From Cyanophora paradoxa CCMP329 (taxonomy: Eukaryota > Plantae > Glaucophyta): a stretch of DNA of 64,000 nt. The notes beneath the pieces were generated by a model. The model did no database searches and was not told the origin of the DNA. It worked only from the letters and a program-made list of their open reading frames with translations. The translations under genes were made by a program, and so were the position numbers. The DNA lies in the NCBI GenBank assembly GCA_004431415.1, contig QPMI01000209.1, positions 62,001 through 126,000 of the forward strand, read 5' to 3'. This document shows, piece by piece, positions 61,401-64,000 of this stretch (position 1 is the stretch's first letter; every line of letters starts with the position of its first letter).

Positions 61401-64000
61401 ACTTGACGTGCTTTCTGTAAAACAGTTCTGGGAATCCGCCCTCCTCTACTTGCCGCGGTACGGATATCAATGTTCTCGTTCATCGCCCATACGTCGCGCT
61501 CTCTCGAATCTCGACCTCAGGGAAAACACCGGGAGTGCAGTTCCGGAACTCGGGAATGTGCGCGGCCGCGGCCCTCGACATGATTCCCTTCCTAAAACAG
61601 CTTCTTAATTCGCAGCTAACTCGTGATGGTAGCCTCTACTTTAATGAATCCAAGGTCTTGAAATGCCCCCCTCGCGCTCGAATGTCCCCCTCTCGCTCGC
61701 ATGTTCTCGCTCATCGATATCTCTCGATCGAAATCGGCATAGACGCACTACCACATCGTCTACGTCGACCCCGACATTTTGCAGACATTCGTGAGCCATG
61801 AGCTTTCAGTTACGCTCAAGATTCGTTTCTCTGAACCCTCGTATCCGCTGTAAATACCTAGCCCTACACCGATCCTGGTGCGCGCCTGCATAAATATCGA
61901 GATTCGCGATATCGAGATCCGCGATATCGAGATTCGCGATCGAGAGAAACATATATTTGTTTATACTAAAGGAGTTCTTTTCTGAAATCATGATCAGGAT
62001 ACAAGCGAAGATTGGGAGAATTGTGAGCTTTCGAACCTCTGCATTCCTCGCTCGATCTCTTCGGTTTTAGACTGAGTATCCGTGACAAATTAATACAGGG
62101 ACCCGTCGTGGGGATACATGCAAAGCTGCCAATGTACCATGAGATGGGTTGGTGGTTGGCACATGTGCAGAATCGGGTTCAATGCGGTTCGCGGCGCCGC
62201 TCTTGTATGTTAGATCGCGATCGCTAACCGTTGGCTAAACACTCTCTCAACGCAGCTTAAAGTGTGCTTCCCTATATTCGGCACCACATGGTGTATTTAC
62301 CTCGTTTATCCGTACTTCTTCTGTGACTGGTTTGTGCACCTTCTCGATTCTGCTTTCGCGTGCATTGTAATCGCGTCCGTGGTCAGGCATCTCCCGCACG
62401 GAGACTCTAACAGAACAGCAACAATGGACCTCCGTGCGCGGGCCGCACTTGTTTGTGCCGGGCACACGTGCACGGCAGCTAATCAGATTTCTTGTCGAAG
62501 GCGATACGCCTTTTACATTTCAAACCGGGAGGTATTCGCGCTTTTGGCTTTTCCCGCGCCTCCAGTTGCATTCATGCCAGTGGGCCTACTTTGCAGCTAC
62601 AACTTTGCAAGCGGGCGGAAGATTGCCACTAGTTGGATCACGACATGCAACGAGATCAACTGCACAGGAGGTGCTCCATGAAATTCGCGATTGCCTTTCC
62701 TCATGATCGCCTCTCTGCTGAGTAATTCTCATTTACAGGGGGTTTGTCGAACTCAACGGTTTCTTCCTCATTCATGATATGCTCTTAAACATTAAAGCCC
62801 CTCATCGTCGACTTTGCGCAGTTTTATGACAACAATCAGCTAGTCTTAAATTATGCGGAAGCCACGTTTCAGCCAGATTGGCCTCAAGTAACAGACACTT
62901 GCGACTGCAATGCAATATGTTGTGGCTCTGCTGCTATGCCCTCCAAGATCCAGCTCTCGATTCTCGGGGATTCCAACCCAGCCAACTGGATCTCAAACGC
63001 GCTACCCGACCTCCCTGACGCCACCAGCATTATAGATTGTGGCAGAGACTCTGTTCCCGTGAGCCGGCGCTTTACATTCTCCGCGGCCTATTGATATTCC
63101 GCAATCCCTCGCGATCGCCTTGCGATTGACACTTTGGTTTCAGAGCGGTGTGGTCATGAACTGCACGTACGTCGGTCTATACGGGAAGCTTCCGATCTTC
63201 TATCGGTTCTGGTAATTGCTTTTCTTTGCCGTAAGATCGCAATAGCGCCAATATGGCCGCCCACCCTCTTGGCACTTGCGCGCTCGCAGGGACATGTCCG
63301 TTGTGAGCATCGAGTACACCCGCGGCACGATCAGCGACATCACGCCCTTCGATCCCCCCGCGACGACCTACTTCGTCTACACCAAGAACTGCACGTTTTC
63401 GCTGCGGTTGCATACCACCATCGAGATGAGCGGAGCGGGTACTTTGAGGGTGCGCCTCGCCATGAAGTCTACTCCAAGCGTGGAGTCTGAGAGCAGTCTT
63501 GCAGTTCTACGGAAGGAACGGCATTATTCTCGGCTCGACGGATTTCACTGTCTACGGTGCTCAGTTCCTTCTAATTTATTTACTCGTTGTTGTATTCATT
63601 GTTGTTGTTTTCGAACCCCTCCGGCAGCGTTCGCTGACGACAGCAGTTTCATGGACTGCGGGACAGTCACTGTGGTGGCCACGGGCACGGCTGTCATCTG
63701 CTTCGTCTATCCACACTTCGAAGGGCAGCGCCTCGCCACCATTGCGTCAATGTTCACCACTGGCGTGTCGGGTACGGCCGTCAACGGCTCCGCGCTACCC
63801 AGAGATTCCCTCGGCAGTGCGGCTCTTCCCGCGGACACATCGGACGCTCTACGAGTCGTCATTACCGCCGGCACCGTCTCTGGCACTATGACTGTAACTG
63901 CTGCGCCGTGCACAAACTCGGTTTCACTCTACGTCACTAGTGCGTTCTGCTCTACATCTCGCAGCTGGGCTCTTCGAACTGCCGATTCGCTAATCAGTAT
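58472..64000 (+). CDS. second LamG/pentraxin-like + Ig-repeat secreted or surface protein, related to the upstream giant gene (3'-partial)
   Basis: Signal peptide MRVFILVAVCIAWL (alternative ATG at 58340). LamG motifs: LTVELWF, WTHVAV...SIYVDG, GLIDEVRVWGRLL...EL. The motif TPDRTSSVSCP is shared with the upstream gene. The exon chain runs off the window end. Confidence 0.7.
59768..59809 (+). repeat. perfect 21-bp tandem duplication in an exon (ANSTSES x2)
   Basis: gcaaactcaacatccgaatcc occurs twice in tandem and in frame, duplicating an N-glycosylation sequon. Confidence 0.85.
61894..61940. repeat. 15-bp tandem repeat x3 (atatcgagatycgcg), probably intronic
   Basis: atatcgagattcgcg atatcgagatccgcg atatcgagattcgcg. 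Confidence 0.8.

Noticed and set aside
61894-61940. Short palindromic tandem repeat as a CRISPR-like array
   Set aside because: There are no spacers, the unit is only 15 bp, the context is a eukaryotic intron, and no cas genes are present.
1-64000. tRNA, rRNA or snRNA genes
   Set aside because: None was recognisable by eye; an Infernal/tRNAscan search would be needed to exclude them.

Overview
This is eukaryotic nuclear DNA: very GC-rich, with genes broken by many short (about 50-130 nt) spliceosomal introns. Transit-peptide-like N-termini with an early Phe (MAAFV..., MNAFV...) and an HLIP/OHP gene suggest a glaucophyte such as Cyanophora (inference, not verified). The long six-frame ORFs are mostly GC artefacts, so I reconstructed gene models by hand from GT/GC-AG boundaries and protein motifs; outer coordinates are approximate. 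About 17 genes plus relics are present: a TauD-like dioxygenase, a small myristoylation-motif protein, a CBM20-FN3x6-coiled-coil protein, a P-loop GTPase relic, a diflavin reductase-hybrid cluster protein (HCP) fusion, an F-box/LRR protein, HLIP, purple acid phosphatase, a DHHC palmitoyltransferase, a plastid PDZ protein, a PPR-like protein, a CHTOP/FoP-like protein, a TPR-like protein, a membrane protein, a coiled-coil/Pro-rich protein, a cyanobacterial-type Ser/Thr kinase and two giant LamG/Ig-repeat surface proteins. Four things stand out. (1) A single-chain FMN/FAD/NADPH reductase-HCP enzyme has its fusion point inside one exon. (2) Non-coding DNA is strongly enriched in 9-mers of the form X-revcomp(X)-X, and two sites suggest these arise as 6-bp palindromic insertions. 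(3) GC-AG introns are very frequent. (4) Gene orientation alternates almost perfectly, with divergent ATGs as little as 28-66 bp apart.
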